Source of the DNA: Aquifex aeolicus VF5 | GTDB taxonomy: Bacteria; Aquificota; Aquificia; Aquificales; Aquificaceae | DNA: 32,000 nt | Reading direction: 5' to 3' | Assembly (NCBI RefSeq): GCF_000008625.1 | Contig: NC_000918.1 | Coordinates: forward strand, 1,260,001 to 1,292,000 | In this document: in pieces, positions 9,119 through 18,312 of the stretch | How positions within the stretch are numbered: the stretch's first letter is position 1 | Layout: every line of letters begins with the position of its first letter | Translations under genes and position numbers: made by a program | The notes under the pieces: model-generated | What the model saw: the letters and a program-made list of their open reading frames with translations, nothing else | What the model was told of the DNA's origin: nothing | Databases searched by the model: none

Positions 9119-9493
9119 CTCTTCCAGTTCTTCTACTGGTCTTCTTCCCGCAAAGCCTTCGTTCAATTCGTGCCAGTACATAATCGTTTCTTCATCTTCC
9201 TTCCAGCATAGCCATATGTACCTTCCGTTGTGTTCGGAGAGGAAATCAACCAGTAAGGGGTCAAGACCTTTTATAACTCCCCCGAGTTCCTCTATACGAG
9301 CGAGATGTCTCTTTATTTGGGCTTCCAGTTCTTTTATTCTCGTCTTTACGTACATTTGTTCCAGTTCGTCTTCCTGAGCGTTTAACTCTTCGTACAGGTT
9401 TCTCAACTCTTCTTTTTTATGTCTTATGTCCTCCGCAATTGGCTTTATCTTGACAAGCAGGTCTCTTGCCTCTTTTAACGTAAATACCCTCAT
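9101..9493 (-). CDS. DUF2203 family protein
   Basis: 130 aa; FTLKEARDLLVKIKPIAEDI at the N-terminus and GVIKGLDPLLVDFLSEHNGRYIWLCWKEDEETIMYWHELNEGFAGRRP at the C-terminus are diagnostic. Confidence 0.88.
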   Translation of the reverse strand: MRVFTLKEARDLLVKIKPIAEDIRHKKEELRNLYEELNAQEDELEQMYVKTRIKELEAQIKRHLARIEELGGVIKGLDPLLVDFLSEHNGRYIWLCWKEDEETIMYWHELNEGFAGRRPVEELEESETLF

Positions 9494-9540
9494 GCCACAA
9501 ATATACTAACTTTTCACAGACAGATTTATGAGGAAAACCA

Positions 9541-10521
9541 TCACTCTCCCATCAGGATTTCGTTTTCTATTTCAAAGTAAACGTAGTAGGCGTTTACAGG
9601 GTTCACGTTAAAGAATACAGGCACCTGAGCGTAAGAGGGATCTATCTTTATCAACTCCTCGTTTATCCTCTCCCTTACGCACTCAACGTCACAACCCTCT
9701 TCGTAGAGTTTCCTTATAGTTTCCCTCAGATCCTTTATGTACTTCCTCGTCCAGCTTACCGCTTCTTTTATCTTTTTCTCACCAATTAAAGCTTCCCCGT
9801 GTCCCGGAAGGAGTATTCTTGGTTTCATCTTAAGAATTTCGTCAAGACAAACAAGCCAAGTTCTTGAGTTCCCAGAGCCTAAAAAGGGCAGTCTTCCGTC
9901 AAATACTATGTCCCCGCTGAAGAGTACCTTTTCGTCGGGTATCCATACGACTATATCTCCGTTCGTGTGAGCCCTGCAAAGGTGCAAGACTTCAAACCTT
10001 TTGTACTCCTTTCCCACCTGAAGGTAGACGTTTAAGTTTTTGGTAAGTGTTATAGTTGGAGGAGTTAATTCCGTTCCTTCCAGATGTTCCTTTAAAATTT
10101 TCTTTCTTGCTAAAAAGAAGTTGTAACTCGAAGGTTGGGATATGTAATCGAATGCCCACTCGTGGGCTATAACTTCAGCTCCAACTTCTCTGAAAGCTTT
10201 TGCACCGTAGAAGTGGTCGGTGTGATAGTGTGTGACGACTAAAAACCTTATGGGTTTATTCGTAACGCTCCTGATGCTTTCTATTAATTCCTTCCCTAGT
10301 TTGTAAGTGCTCAAAGCATCCACAACGAGAACGCCGTCATCGGCTACGTAGAAGTAGGCGTTGGATATAAAACCCCTGTTTTCGTAAGATACCTGTTCGT
10401 AGACTCCGAAAACTCCGTAAATCCTGTCGGTTATCTTCCTTAACGTTTCCTTTACGTGTTTAGGATACTCACTCGAGAAGGAGAATAAAACCAGGAGAAA
10501 AAAGAAGAGAAAGCCCCCCAT
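9541..10521 (-). CDS. Periplasmic metallo-beta-lactamase-fold hydrolase, sulfur-oxidation associated
   Basis: 326 aa with signal peptide; VVTHYHTDHFYGAKAF (HxHxDH), CRAHTNGDIVVW, ILLPGHGEALIG. Confidence 0.88.
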   Translation of the reverse strand: MGGFLFFFLLVLFSFSSEYPKHVKETLRKITDRIYGVFGVYEQVSYENRGFISNAYFYVADDGVLVVDALSTYKLGKELIESIRSVTNKPIRFLVVTHYHTDHFYGAKAFREVGAEVIAHEWAFDYISQPSSYNFFLARKKILKEHLEGTELTPPTITLTKNLNVYLQVGKEYKRFEVLHLCRAHTNGDIVVWIPDEKVLFSGDIVFDGRLPFLGSGNSRTWLVCLDEILKMKPRILLPGHGEALIGEKKIKEAVSWTRKYIKDLRETIRKLYEEGCDVECVRERINEELIKIDPSYAQVPVFFNVNPVNAYYVYFEIENEILMGE

Positions 10522-10542
10522 AATACTCTCCTGAGTTTCTAT

Positions 10543-11424
10543 TCAGGGTTCTTTTGGCAGGTTTGTTTGTGAGTACTCGTTCCAAGAACCGTCGTACAAC
10601 CTCACCTTATCCGTAAGCCCGAGGTAATACTTTATCACATAGTAAGTTGCCGCGGACATAAGCCCCTGTCCGCAGTAAAGGATTACTTCCTTTCCTTTTC
10701 CTATACCGAGACTCTCGTAAAAGAGGCTTATATCTTCCTTCGGTTTTAGTAAGTAGTACTTTTTTCCGTACTTGTTAACGTGCTCTTCAAAATCTTGTTT
10801 CCAGAACCTGTTTACGGCTCCCTTTATGTGTCCCAGCCTCTTCCAGAATCCGGCCTTTCCTTCGTAAAGTTCCGGTGTCCTGGCATCGAGAAAGACTACG
10901 TCTTCTCTGTTTAAAGCTTTTTTAACGTAATCGAGGTCGGCTCTTATACTTTTGTTTATCGTATACTTTCCGTAACGTTTTTCTTTAACTTTCGGATAAT
11001 CCTTTGTCGTAGGTAGATCCTTATCCTTCCAGTGGTTAAATCCTCCGTGAAGGACGTATACTTTTTTGTGGTTTATGTAATCAAGTCCCCAAGCTACGTA
11101 AAAGGGGATGAAAGTCCCCTCAGCGTCGTATAGAACGACGGGAGTGTTCTTATCTATTCCGAGTTTTTCGAGTTTTTTGACGAATATTTCCGTGTGTAAG
11201 AAGAAAGCAGGAGTTCCACCTTTCGGAAATCTGAAGGCTTCAAAGTGCACCCACTGGGCTCCGGGTATGTGCTCCTTCCAGTATTCCTTTATGCTTTTCC
11301 TGAGGTCTATTATGACAAGGTTTTTCTCCTCTTTTATAAGTTTGTGGAGTTCTTCAGGCGAGATTAAGTAAATCTTTGCAAAGGAAAGTGTAAAAAAGAG
11401 TAAAAACAAAATTACTCCTCTCAT
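10543..11424 (-). CDS. Exported tandem-domain rhodanese (thiosulfate sulfurtransferase)
   Basis: 293 aa with signal peptide; two rhodanese-like domains, the second carrying an active-site loop VILYCGQGLMSAA. Confidence 0.92.
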   Translation of the reverse strand: MRGVILFLLFFTLSFAKIYLISPEELHKLIKEEKNLVIIDLRKSIKEYWKEHIPGAQWVHFEAFRFPKGGTPAFFLHTEIFVKKLEKLGIDKNTPVVLYDAEGTFIPFYVAWGLDYINHKKVYVLHGGFNHWKDKDLPTTKDYPKVKEKRYGKYTINKSIRADLDYVKKALNREDVVFLDARTPELYEGKAGFWKRLGHIKGAVNRFWKQDFEEHVNKYGKKYYLLKPKEDISLFYESLGIGKGKEVILYCGQGLMSAATYYVIKYYLGLTDKVRLYDGSWNEYSQTNLPKEP

Positions 11425-11425
11425 C

Positions 11426-11860
11426 TCAGAACCCTCCTTTTACCTCTTTAATAGCTTCTTTTATGTCTTTGTCAGCCTGCAAGAAAACTTCCTGTGCCTG
11501 AGGAGTCAGGTACTTTCTGAAACCCTTCACGAGGTTAGGTATATTTATGTAACCCACCTCAACGCTTCCATCTTCCTTTTCAAGTATATAAATCCTGCAG
11601 GGTGCTAGTGCCCCAAATTCGGGAAAAGTTCTGAGAATTTTTTCACCGTAGGATAAGTTACAGACGTAGAATACTGTCATTCTTGGTTTTTGAGAGACAT
11701 CTTGAACAGCCAGAACGTTCATATTCTTACCGTCAAGGGCGGTTTTCAGGAGTATTTTCACGTCTTCGTAGGGTATGCCCTCAATCTTTTCCTTATAGAG
11801 CATTTTCTCCTGGGCTAAAACCAAGAGAGGTAATAAAAGAACTATTAAGAACTTCCTCAT
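11426..11860 (-). CDS. DUF302-like exported protein, paralog 2
   Basis: 144 aa with signal peptide (MRKFLIVLLLPLLVLA); core VCNLSYGEKILRTFPEFGALAPCRIYILE aligned to the neighbouring gene product. Confidence 0.75.
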   Translation of the reverse strand: MRKFLIVLLLPLLVLAQEKMLYKEKIEGIPYEDVKILLKTALDGKNMNVLAVQDVSQKPRMTVFYVCNLSYGEKILRTFPEFGALAPCRIYILEKEDGSVEVGYINIPNLVKGFRKYLTPQAQEVFLQADKDIKEAIKEVKGGF

Positions 11861-12345
11861 TTCCTTACCTCGTCAAGGGTTTTTCTCAAGTTTCTGTAAG
11901 TGTTTATTATGAGGTTTGCTTCCTCGTCCTTAAGTTGTTTTGCATACTCTGCAAGGAAAACCATTTCCTTCATGGTTGTTATTCTTAGAACTTCTTTTGT
12001 TTCGTAAACCGCAACGCTACAGGGGATTAAGTTCGTGAGTGCAGGGTATTTGGGAAGTATATTCTCCTTTCCGGGAACGTCGCAGGCGAGTATTATGGAG
12101 TACTTTGGAAAATCTTTTACTCCTCTTCCTTCAAGAGCCTTTGAAAGGGGAAGGACTCTTACGACTTTCAGTCCGTTTTGGTTGAGCTTTTCCTCCAAAG
12201 TCTTTACAACGTCGTCAAAGCTTTTGTTCTGTACTTCCACGGTGTAGAAGAGTATCCTGAAGGGATTACCGAAGTAATACCTTATGAAGTAAAAGATTGA
12301 AAGGGCGATGACCGCCCCGATCAGGAAAGCGATTAAAGCTCTCAC
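11857..12345 (-). CDS. DUF302-like protein with N-terminal membrane anchor, paralog 1
   Basis: 162 aa; anchor MRALIAFLIGAVIALSIFYFIRYYF and core ACDVPGKENILPKYPALTNLIPCSVAVYE; 4-nt overlaps with both neighbours. Confidence 0.75.
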   Translation of the reverse strand: MRALIAFLIGAVIALSIFYFIRYYFGNPFRILFYTVEVQNKSFDDVVKTLEEKLNQNGLKVVRVLPLSKALEGRGVKDFPKYSIILACDVPGKENILPKYPALTNLIPCSVAVYETKEVLRITTMKEMVFLAEYAKQLKDEEANLIINTYRNLRKTLDEVRK

Positions 12346-14120
12346 TTACCACCTCCGTAGCACTCGTCGTAGGTGTGGTACTCTGCATCGAGAACCTTTA
12401 CGTTCGGCTTGGTTCTCACGTTTATGCTTCCCTTCTTCTTAATGTAGTTTATCAGTATCTCGTAAACGGGTACCGGTTTGTAGCCGGGTTCTACGGCTTC
12501 GGGCGGTGGCGGTGGTCCTCCGTAAACCGCGACGAGGTACTCCTTCTTTGGTTTCAGTTCTTTTCCGCCTATCCACACTCTCTTTATCCTGTTGTACTGG
12601 GGTCCGTTTACCTCTATTTCGTACTCAACGTTCCAGATTCTGGACATGTCACCACCTTGCTGGTAGAAGGGGTTAGGATTGAACACGTTGTCCGCAACGT
12701 CTTCCCATACGGCCTTTAGCTGTTCTCCCGTTCTCTTCAAGACGTAAACGTTCGGGTAAGTTATAGCCGTAAAGGCGTAAACGTGATCTACAGTTATCTT
12801 TTGTCCGGGAAGGACTACAGTTCCCCACCTGTAACCGGGAGATGTAACTACGTCAAGGTCTCCTCCGTAGTAATCGTTTATGGCTTCCCCAACGAGCCAG
12901 TCCCATGTGCTGAAGAAAGTGTCACGTTTGTAGAGCATCACCTCGGCGGTTCCTATTTCTTTGGAAAGTCCCAGTTTTTTATCCACTTCCCTGTAATACT
13001 TCTCAACAAGTTTTTCCGCTTCCTTGTCCGCGGGTATGAGGTTGGAAGCCACGGGATAGAGTTTGTAACTGAAGTCCATTATCTTTCCATTTCTGATGTC
13101 GAGGTCAAGTCTTCCTACGAATTTACCGTGGGATCCTGCAATTACCACTATAGTATTCGTTCCAGGAACCTTGTAGGCTTTTGGCACTACGTCGTGGGTG
13201 TGTCCCGAAATTATTACGTCTATTCCCTTTACCTTCTTTGCAAGGGCAATATCGAGGAGCAATCCGTCGTGGGATAGCAGTATTACAGCGTCAACCTTGT
13301 GCTTTTCCCTGAGTTCGTTTACGTATTCCTGCAGTGTATCTTCTCTTACTCCGAAGCTCCAGCCTTCTACGAATTGTCTCGGGTTTGCTATGGGAGTGAA
13401 GGGGAAGGAGTTTCCTATTATGCCGAGCTTCGCACCACCCACTTCCTTGATAGCGTAGGGCTTGAATACGAGGTCTCCTTCAAAACCGAATTCATCAACT
13501 TCCCTAATGTTTTGGGATATAAACTCACATCCTGCCTCTTCAAGTTCCTTTATCCTCTTTAAAACAATGTCTTTTCCGAAGGTGAATTCCCAGTGTCCAA
13601 CCATTAAGTCGTAGCCCGTGAGCTTCATCCAATCTACTACGGACTTTCCGTCTGTGAACGTTCCTACCGCGGTGGTTATCCAGGTGTCTCCACCGTCGAG
13701 GACCAGCACCTTGTCCCTTCCCCTTTCAGCTATTACGTGTTTTATGAGCCACGTTATGTGGGCTGCACCGCCCATTTTGCCGAACTTCTGGGCGAGAACC
13801 GGGAAGTCTACACAGCTCATAAAGTAAGCTTCAAGGGTTCCGGGGGCTATTTTGTACATTTTCAGGAAGTCTCTTCCCGTTATCGTTCCGGGAAGTCCCT
13901 TTAGATTTTTGGGAGCTACGAGGTTTATGGGTTCGGAAAAGTAGTGGGGTTTTAGGTGTGCGTGCATGTCTGTTGTGAAAAGCAAGGTAACGTTTCCCAC
14001 GGGTTTGAAGGAAAGTATGTCGTCGAGAGTCATCTTTGCGAGGGCGGATACGGGATTTGTGGCGAGGTATGCCCCCGTGACTATTGCGAGCTCCAGAAAG
14101 TCCCTGCGGGTCAGATGCAT
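12342..14120 (-). CDS. soxB: SoxB, Tat-exported sulfate thiol esterase (5'-nucleotidase family)
   Basis: 592 aa; Tat motif TRRDFL, LFTTDMHAHLKPHY, DGGDTWI, VGHWEFTFG, LLSHDG, ISGHTHD, SPGYRWGT. Confidence 0.96.
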   Translation of the reverse strand: MHLTRRDFLELAIVTGAYLATNPVSALAKMTLDDILSFKPVGNVTLLFTTDMHAHLKPHYFSEPINLVAPKNLKGLPGTITGRDFLKMYKIAPGTLEAYFMSCVDFPVLAQKFGKMGGAAHITWLIKHVIAERGRDKVLVLDGGDTWITTAVGTFTDGKSVVDWMKLTGYDLMVGHWEFTFGKDIVLKRIKELEEAGCEFISQNIREVDEFGFEGDLVFKPYAIKEVGGAKLGIIGNSFPFTPIANPRQFVEGWSFGVREDTLQEYVNELREKHKVDAVILLSHDGLLLDIALAKKVKGIDVIISGHTHDVVPKAYKVPGTNTIVVIAGSHGKFVGRLDLDIRNGKIMDFSYKLYPVASNLIPADKEAEKLVEKYYREVDKKLGLSKEIGTAEVMLYKRDTFFSTWDWLVGEAINDYYGGDLDVVTSPGYRWGTVVLPGQKITVDHVYAFTAITYPNVYVLKRTGEQLKAVWEDVADNVFNPNPFYQQGGDMSRIWNVEYEIEVNGPQYNRIKRVWIGGKELKPKKEYLVAVYGGPPPPPEAVEPGYKPVPVYEILINYIKKKGSINVRTKPNVKVLDAEYHTYDECYGGGK

Positions 14121-14165
14121 ATTTAATCCTCCTTAGAGAAAAGTATAAAGAAAAAGGAAGGGAAA

Positions 14166-14786
14166 TTACTTGTTAATTGGACTTTCGGGATCGTGGAGGT
14201 AGGCGACGATGTCCGCAATTTCTTCAGGTGTGAGAAGACCGTGGTAACCGAACCTAAACATAGTTGAACATGGAACCTGAGACCATGGGTTGTAAATCCT
14301 TTCGTAAGTCATCTTGGGATCTATGCCTTTGTTTCCGTAACCTCTAAGAGAGGGTCCTATATTACCGCACGCTATTATTCTCGGGTCTCCGCAGTGACAT
14401 GCGTAACAATTACCCTTTTTGCTTCCACCCTTCTTTCCGTAAAGTGCCTTATACTCCTTCTTTAAAAGTGCAAGGCTTTCGCCTTTTCTCCAGTCTCCCA
14501 CTACGTTGCCGTCCTCGGGGTACTTTATGGTGGCCTTCATTTCTTTTATAAATTGGGCTACATCTACGCCTTCAGGTGCTATTTGTACGGGATTAGAACA
14601 GGCCTTTTGCCACTTGTCCTGTGCAGCGAGTGCCTTTCTGAACTTCTCCGCCTTGCTTTCTTTCTTTTTAGTCTTCGTCTCAGCCTTCGCTACCTTAACT
14701 TCCTGCTGTTTTGCAGCCTGAGAAGCAGGCTGACAAGCTATAACTCCCGCACTCAAAAACAACGCAAAGAGAATTTTACCTTTCAT
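14166..14786 (-). CDS. soxX: SoxX, monohaem c-type cytochrome, putative lipoprotein
   Basis: 206 aa; lipobox-like VIAC at the end of the signal peptide, CYACH haem site, IGPSLRGYGNKG and LTPEEIADIVAYLHDPESPINK typical of the SoxX C-terminus. Confidence 0.93.
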   Translation of the reverse strand: MKGKILFALFLSAGVIACQPASQAAKQQEVKVAKAETKTKKKESKAEKFRKALAAQDKWQKACSNPVQIAPEGVDVAQFIKEMKATIKYPEDGNVVGDWRKGESLALLKKEYKALYGKKGGSKKGNCYACHCGDPRIIACGNIGPSLRGYGNKGIDPKMTYERIYNPWSQVPCSTMFRFGYHGLLTPEEIADIVAYLHDPESPINK

Positions 14787-14798
14787 AACAGCCCCTCC

Positions 14799-15602
14799 TT
14801 ACCTAATTAGACCGGGAACTTCTATCTTTGCCCCATTAGCAGCCTTCTTCATGTAAAGTTCAAGGGCAACAACTTCCTCTATGTAGAACGGGGGTTTCTT
14901 TACCCAGTTCTTCTTAAAATCAAACTTTCCTTTTTCAGGGTCAAATAGGAAGAAGCTCTTGTAACATCCCCTTATCCTGTCTTCCATAGTCCAGAGTTTG
15001 TCTTTGGATATTCTGTAAGCGGGCCAATGAGCGTAGAGCTTGTCCCTTACAGGAGCTCCCAGTTTCTGCAACCTTATCCTCTTTCCGTCAAGAACCTCGT
15101 GACATATAGCACAGGAGAAGTCCCTCGCTCCCACTCTCTTGTACCAGAGTTCTTTACCGAGTTCGTAGAGCCTTTTTTCCTCAGGGTGCTTTAACTCAAC
15201 GTTTATGGGCATTCCGTTACTGAGAGTTGCCACGTATCCTGCGAGGGGAACTATGTACTTCCTTCCCTTTTTACCTTTAGCGTCTACACCTACGTATTTT
15301 TCTAAGCAAGCCTTTATCCTGACGTCTATGTCGGCAACCCTCTTTATATCCGTGTAGTACCTTGGCATTTTGGCGTAAGCTCCAACGAGGTTAGCTCCGT
15401 CCTGTCCGTGGCAGGAAGCACAGGTCTTTCCAGTTTTTCCCTTCAGGTTGTGGTAGTAATCCCTACCTTCCTCCACTATTACGTCCGCCGGTGAAACTCC
15501 CATTTCTTTGAGTATTTTCAACTGCTCGGGTGTTGGAGCTTCAGCCTTTACAGAAAAGAAAAGAGCCCCACTGAGGAGTGAGGCAAAAACTATTTTTCTC
15601 AT
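14799..15602 (-). CDS. soxA: SoxA, dihaem c-type cytochrome
   Basis: 267 aa with signal peptide; two CxxCH sites (CASCH, CAICH) and RGCYKSF candidate active-site cysteine. Confidence 0.94.
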   Translation of the reverse strand: MRKIVFASLLSGALFFSVKAEAPTPEQLKILKEMGVSPADVIVEEGRDYYHNLKGKTGKTCASCHGQDGANLVGAYAKMPRYYTDIKRVADIDVRIKACLEKYVGVDAKGKKGRKYIVPLAGYVATLSNGMPINVELKHPEEKRLYELGKELWYKRVGARDFSCAICHEVLDGKRIRLQKLGAPVRDKLYAHWPAYRISKDKLWTMEDRIRGCYKSFFLFDPEKGKFDFKKNWVKKPPFYIEEVVALELYMKKAANGAKIEVPGLIR

Positions 15603-15615
15603 GACAGCCCCTCCT

Positions 15616-15948
15616 TTAAGCTACGTTGATCTTAACTTCCTTCTCCCACTTTCCACCTTTGTTATCTTCGTAAACTATCTTCAAAGTTCCGGCCTCTTCA
15701 GCCTTCATCTTAATGGCAAAATACGGGTTCTTACTTATCCCAGGAGAAGTGTTGATCTTCGTTACGAGCTTTCCGTTGAAGTAGAGATCAACGTGAGTTA
15801 TGTAGTGAGCAGGAATCTTCTTTCCGGTTTTGGGGTCCTTTCTGAGACCCGTTTCCATGGGGTGGATGATCACCATTTGAACCTTGAAGATTTGACCCTT
15901 CTTAACGTTTTTGGGTACTCTAACGATAGCTCTTCCTATTGAAGCCAT
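15616..15948 (-). CDS. soxZ: SoxZ sulfur carrier partner
   Basis: 110 aa; KKGQIFKVQMVIIHPMETGLRKDPKTGKKIPAHYI typical SoxZ. Confidence 0.95.
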   Translation of the reverse strand: MASIGRAIVRVPKNVKKGQIFKVQMVIIHPMETGLRKDPKTGKKIPAHYITHVDLYFNGKLVTKINTSPGISKNPYFAIKMKAEEAGTLKIVYEDNKGGKWEKEVKINVA

Positions 15949-15969
15949 ATCCCACCTCCAGAGTTTTTA

Positions 15970-16422
15970 TTAACCACATCCACCAACAGTTACCTTAACT
16001 TCCTTGTAAGCCATAAGGTAAGAACCATCTTTGAGCTTTAGTATTGCCCTTACGGGAGAAGTAGCTCCCATCTTAATTCTTGTTGCAAAGAAGACTTCAC
16101 CGTTCATAGGTGTGAACTCAACGTGAGCTATGTAGGGGTTGGGGTTCTTGTCAACGAATATGTAAAGAGCCTCTACCTTTTCTATGGGAACGGTTGCGCT
16201 TATCTGTATAGGAACGTTCGCACCGGATTCCGCTATGGAAGGTGCCTTTACCTTTATCTCGTTGGATTCCTTAATCTGGGAAAGACCTACTCCGAGATGC
16301 TTCTTGAGTGCCTCTTCGAGGCTTATCTTAGCAAAAGAGGGGTTCAGAACGGGTGATATACCGAGAGTGAGTCCCAGGGCCGCTACACCCGCCACCTTTA
16401 AAAAGTCTCTCCTCGTGCTCAT
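15970..16422 (-). CDS. soxY: SoxY sulfur carrier, Tat-exported, C-terminal VGGCG arm
   Basis: Tat motif STRRDFLKVAG; C-terminus KVTVGGCG. The AAGGAGGTG Shine-Dalgarno is correctly spaced for the ATG at 16422 rather than the track start at 16431. Confidence 0.95.
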   Translation of the reverse strand: MSTRRDFLKVAGVAALGLTLGISPVLNPSFAKISLEEALKKHLGVGLSQIKESNEIKVKAPSIAESGANVPIQISATVPIEKVEALYIFVDKNPNPYIAHVEFTPMNGEVFFATRIKMGATSPVRAILKLKDGSYLMAYKEVKVTVGGCG

Positions 16423-16424
16423 AT

Positions 16425-16832
16425 CTAACACCTCCTTACACTTGATTTATTACACACTCTGGTAAGCATAGAAAGAAAAGTCTGAGCGTCTAAACTCCCG
16501 AAAAACTTAGCCAGGACTTTACCCCTTAAAGGGTCGTATATAACGAAAGTAGGAGTCCCGAATACGTCGAATTTTTCTGATAAATTGCTGTTAATATTAA
16601 CACTAATTACAATAAAATTCTTATTTAAAAATTTTTCCACGTCTTCATCTCCAAAAACGAATTCCTCAACTTGGTGACAATATGGGCAGTGATCACTGTA
16701 AAAGTATATTAACACTAATTTCTTTTCCTTTTTTGCGGTATTTACTCCCTTATCGAAATCTGCAAACCATTCTTGAGAGAAAGTAACTGATAGGAACATC
16801 AGGAAAATCAAGAAGAACCTGAGTGCGAGCAT
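16425..16832 (-). CDS. SoxW-like exported thioredoxin-family protein
   Basis: Signal peptide MLALRFFLIFLMFLSVTFS; LIYFYSDHCPYCHQVEEF (CPYC) and GTPTFVIYDP. ATG at 16832. Confidence 0.88.
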   Translation of the reverse strand: MLALRFFLIFLMFLSVTFSQEWFADFDKGVNTAKKEKKLVLIYFYSDHCPYCHQVEEFVFGDEDVEKFLNKNFIVISVNINSNLSEKFDVFGTPTFVIYDPLRGKVLAKFFGSLDAQTFLSMLTRVCNKSSVRRC

Positions 16833-17000
16833 CAAGTATAAAAGATACAGGACAAAGGGTTAAAGGACTATTAAGAAATACTTATGAATGCATAAAATGT
16901 CTTAATTTTCAAAAATGATAAAATGGTAAATTAAACATATAAAAATTAGTTTAAGTCTTAAGTCCTTGTCCCCCTTTTAAAAATAAAGGATAATTCTCTT

Positions 17001-18308
17001 ATGGGCTTTGTAAGGGTCGGAATAATCGGTTGCGGTACGGTTGGAACGGGAACCGCCAAACTCCTCATACAGAATGCAGACCTAATAAAGAAGAAAACGG
17101 GTATAGAGTTCAAACTCGTGAAAGTTGCGGACATAGACTGGGAGAGAAAGAGGGAGTTTGAAGTTCCGAAAGAACTGAGAACCACAGATTATAAAGAAGT
17201 TATAGATAATTCGGACGTGGTCGTTGAACTCGTAGGCGGTAAAACTTTCGCTAAGAAGGTAATACTGGAAGCTCTGGAAGCGGGAAAGTGCGTTGTTACA
17301 GCAAATAAACACCTCCTCGCAGAGGAAGGGAAGGAGATTTTTGAAGAGGCCAAGAAGAGAAACTTATTTATAGGTTTTGAAGCCTCGGTGGGAGGAGGGA
17401 TTCCCGTGATAAAAGCGTTAAGGGAAGGACTTGCGGGGAATAAAATTCTCAACATCCTCGGTATCCTCAACGGAACGACAAATTACATACTCACGAGGAT
17501 GTTTGAGGAAAATCTTGACTTTGAAACGGCTTTAAAGGAAGCAAAAGAAAAAGGGTATGCGGAGGCAGATCCAAGTCTTGACATAGACGGGTGGGATGCG
17601 GCTCACAAGATTGCTATTCTCGCCATGCTCGCCTACGGTGGGTATCTAGACTTTAACGACGTTTACGTAGAGGGTATAAGGAACGTTGATAAGCTCGACG
17701 TAGAACTGGGAAAGGAACTGGGATACACACTGAAACTCCTCGCAATCGCGAAAAAAGTTGACTCGGAGGTTGAGGTGAGGGTTCATCCCACCTTTATACA
17801 CTCCGAGGAAGCCCTTGCAAAGGTCTCCGGAGTTTACAACGCAGTCATGATAGAGGGAGATTTTGTAGGGAAAACCATGTTCTATGGTCAGGGGGCGGGT
17901 TCACATCCGACCGCTTCTGCGGTGGTGGCGGACGTGATAGACGCGGGGAGGTTCTTACTCTGTAGCTCTAAGGTTCTTCCTCCCGTGAACTGGGAAGAAG
18001 GAGAACTGAAGGTCAGGAAGAACTTTTACTCCAGGTACTACCTTAGGTTTGACGTTCCTGACAAGCCCGGAGTTCTGGCAAAGATAGCGAATGTACTTGC
18101 GGATTACAATATAAGCATAGCCTCGGTTCTCCAGAAGGAAATGGTTTGTAAAATCGCGGGCAGGGAGGGTGAAACTATAGTTCCTCTGGTTATCCTGACT
18201 CACAAAGCTTTTGAAGAGGATATACAGAACGCTTTAAAGGAGATACAGAAGCTCCCCGTAGTTGTTGATAAGCCCGTGCTGATACGTGTGGAAGAGGAGG
18301 CTTACTGA
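17001..18308 (+). CDS. hom: Homoserine dehydrogenase (with C-terminal ACT domain)
   Basis: 435 aa; VRVGIIGCGTVGTGTA, EASVGGGIPVI, GILNGTTNYIL, GWDAAHKI, C-terminal DVPDKPGVLAKIANVLADYNISIASV. Confidence 0.97.
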   Translation: MGFVRVGIIGCGTVGTGTAKLLIQNADLIKKKTGIEFKLVKVADIDWERKREFEVPKELRTTDYKEVIDNSDVVVELVGGKTFAKKVILEALEAGKCVVTANKHLLAEEGKEIFEEAKKRNLFIGFEASVGGGIPVIKALREGLAGNKILNILGILNGTTNYILTRMFEENLDFETALKEAKEKGYAEADPSLDIDGWDAAHKIAILAMLAYGGYLDFNDVYVEGIRNVDKLDVELGKELGYTLKLLAIAKKVDSEVEVRVHPTFIHSEEALAKVSGVYNAVMIEGDFVGKTMFYGQGAGSHPTASAVVADVIDAGRFLLCSSKVLPPVNWEEGELKVRKNFYSRYYLRFDVPDKPGVLAKIANVLADYNISIASVLQKEMVCKIAGREGETIVPLVILTHKAFEEDIQNALKEIQKLPVVVDKPVLIRVEEEAY

Positions 18309-18312
18309 AAAA

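Noticed and set aside
12783-13277. 164-aa plus-strand ORF antisense to soxB
   Set aside because: Lies wholly inside the clearly functional soxB gene on the other strand; composition looks like a codon-bias shadow and there is no recognisable domain.
15508-15942. 144-aa plus-strand ORF over soxA/soxZ
   Set aside because: Antisense shadow of strongly supported sox genes.
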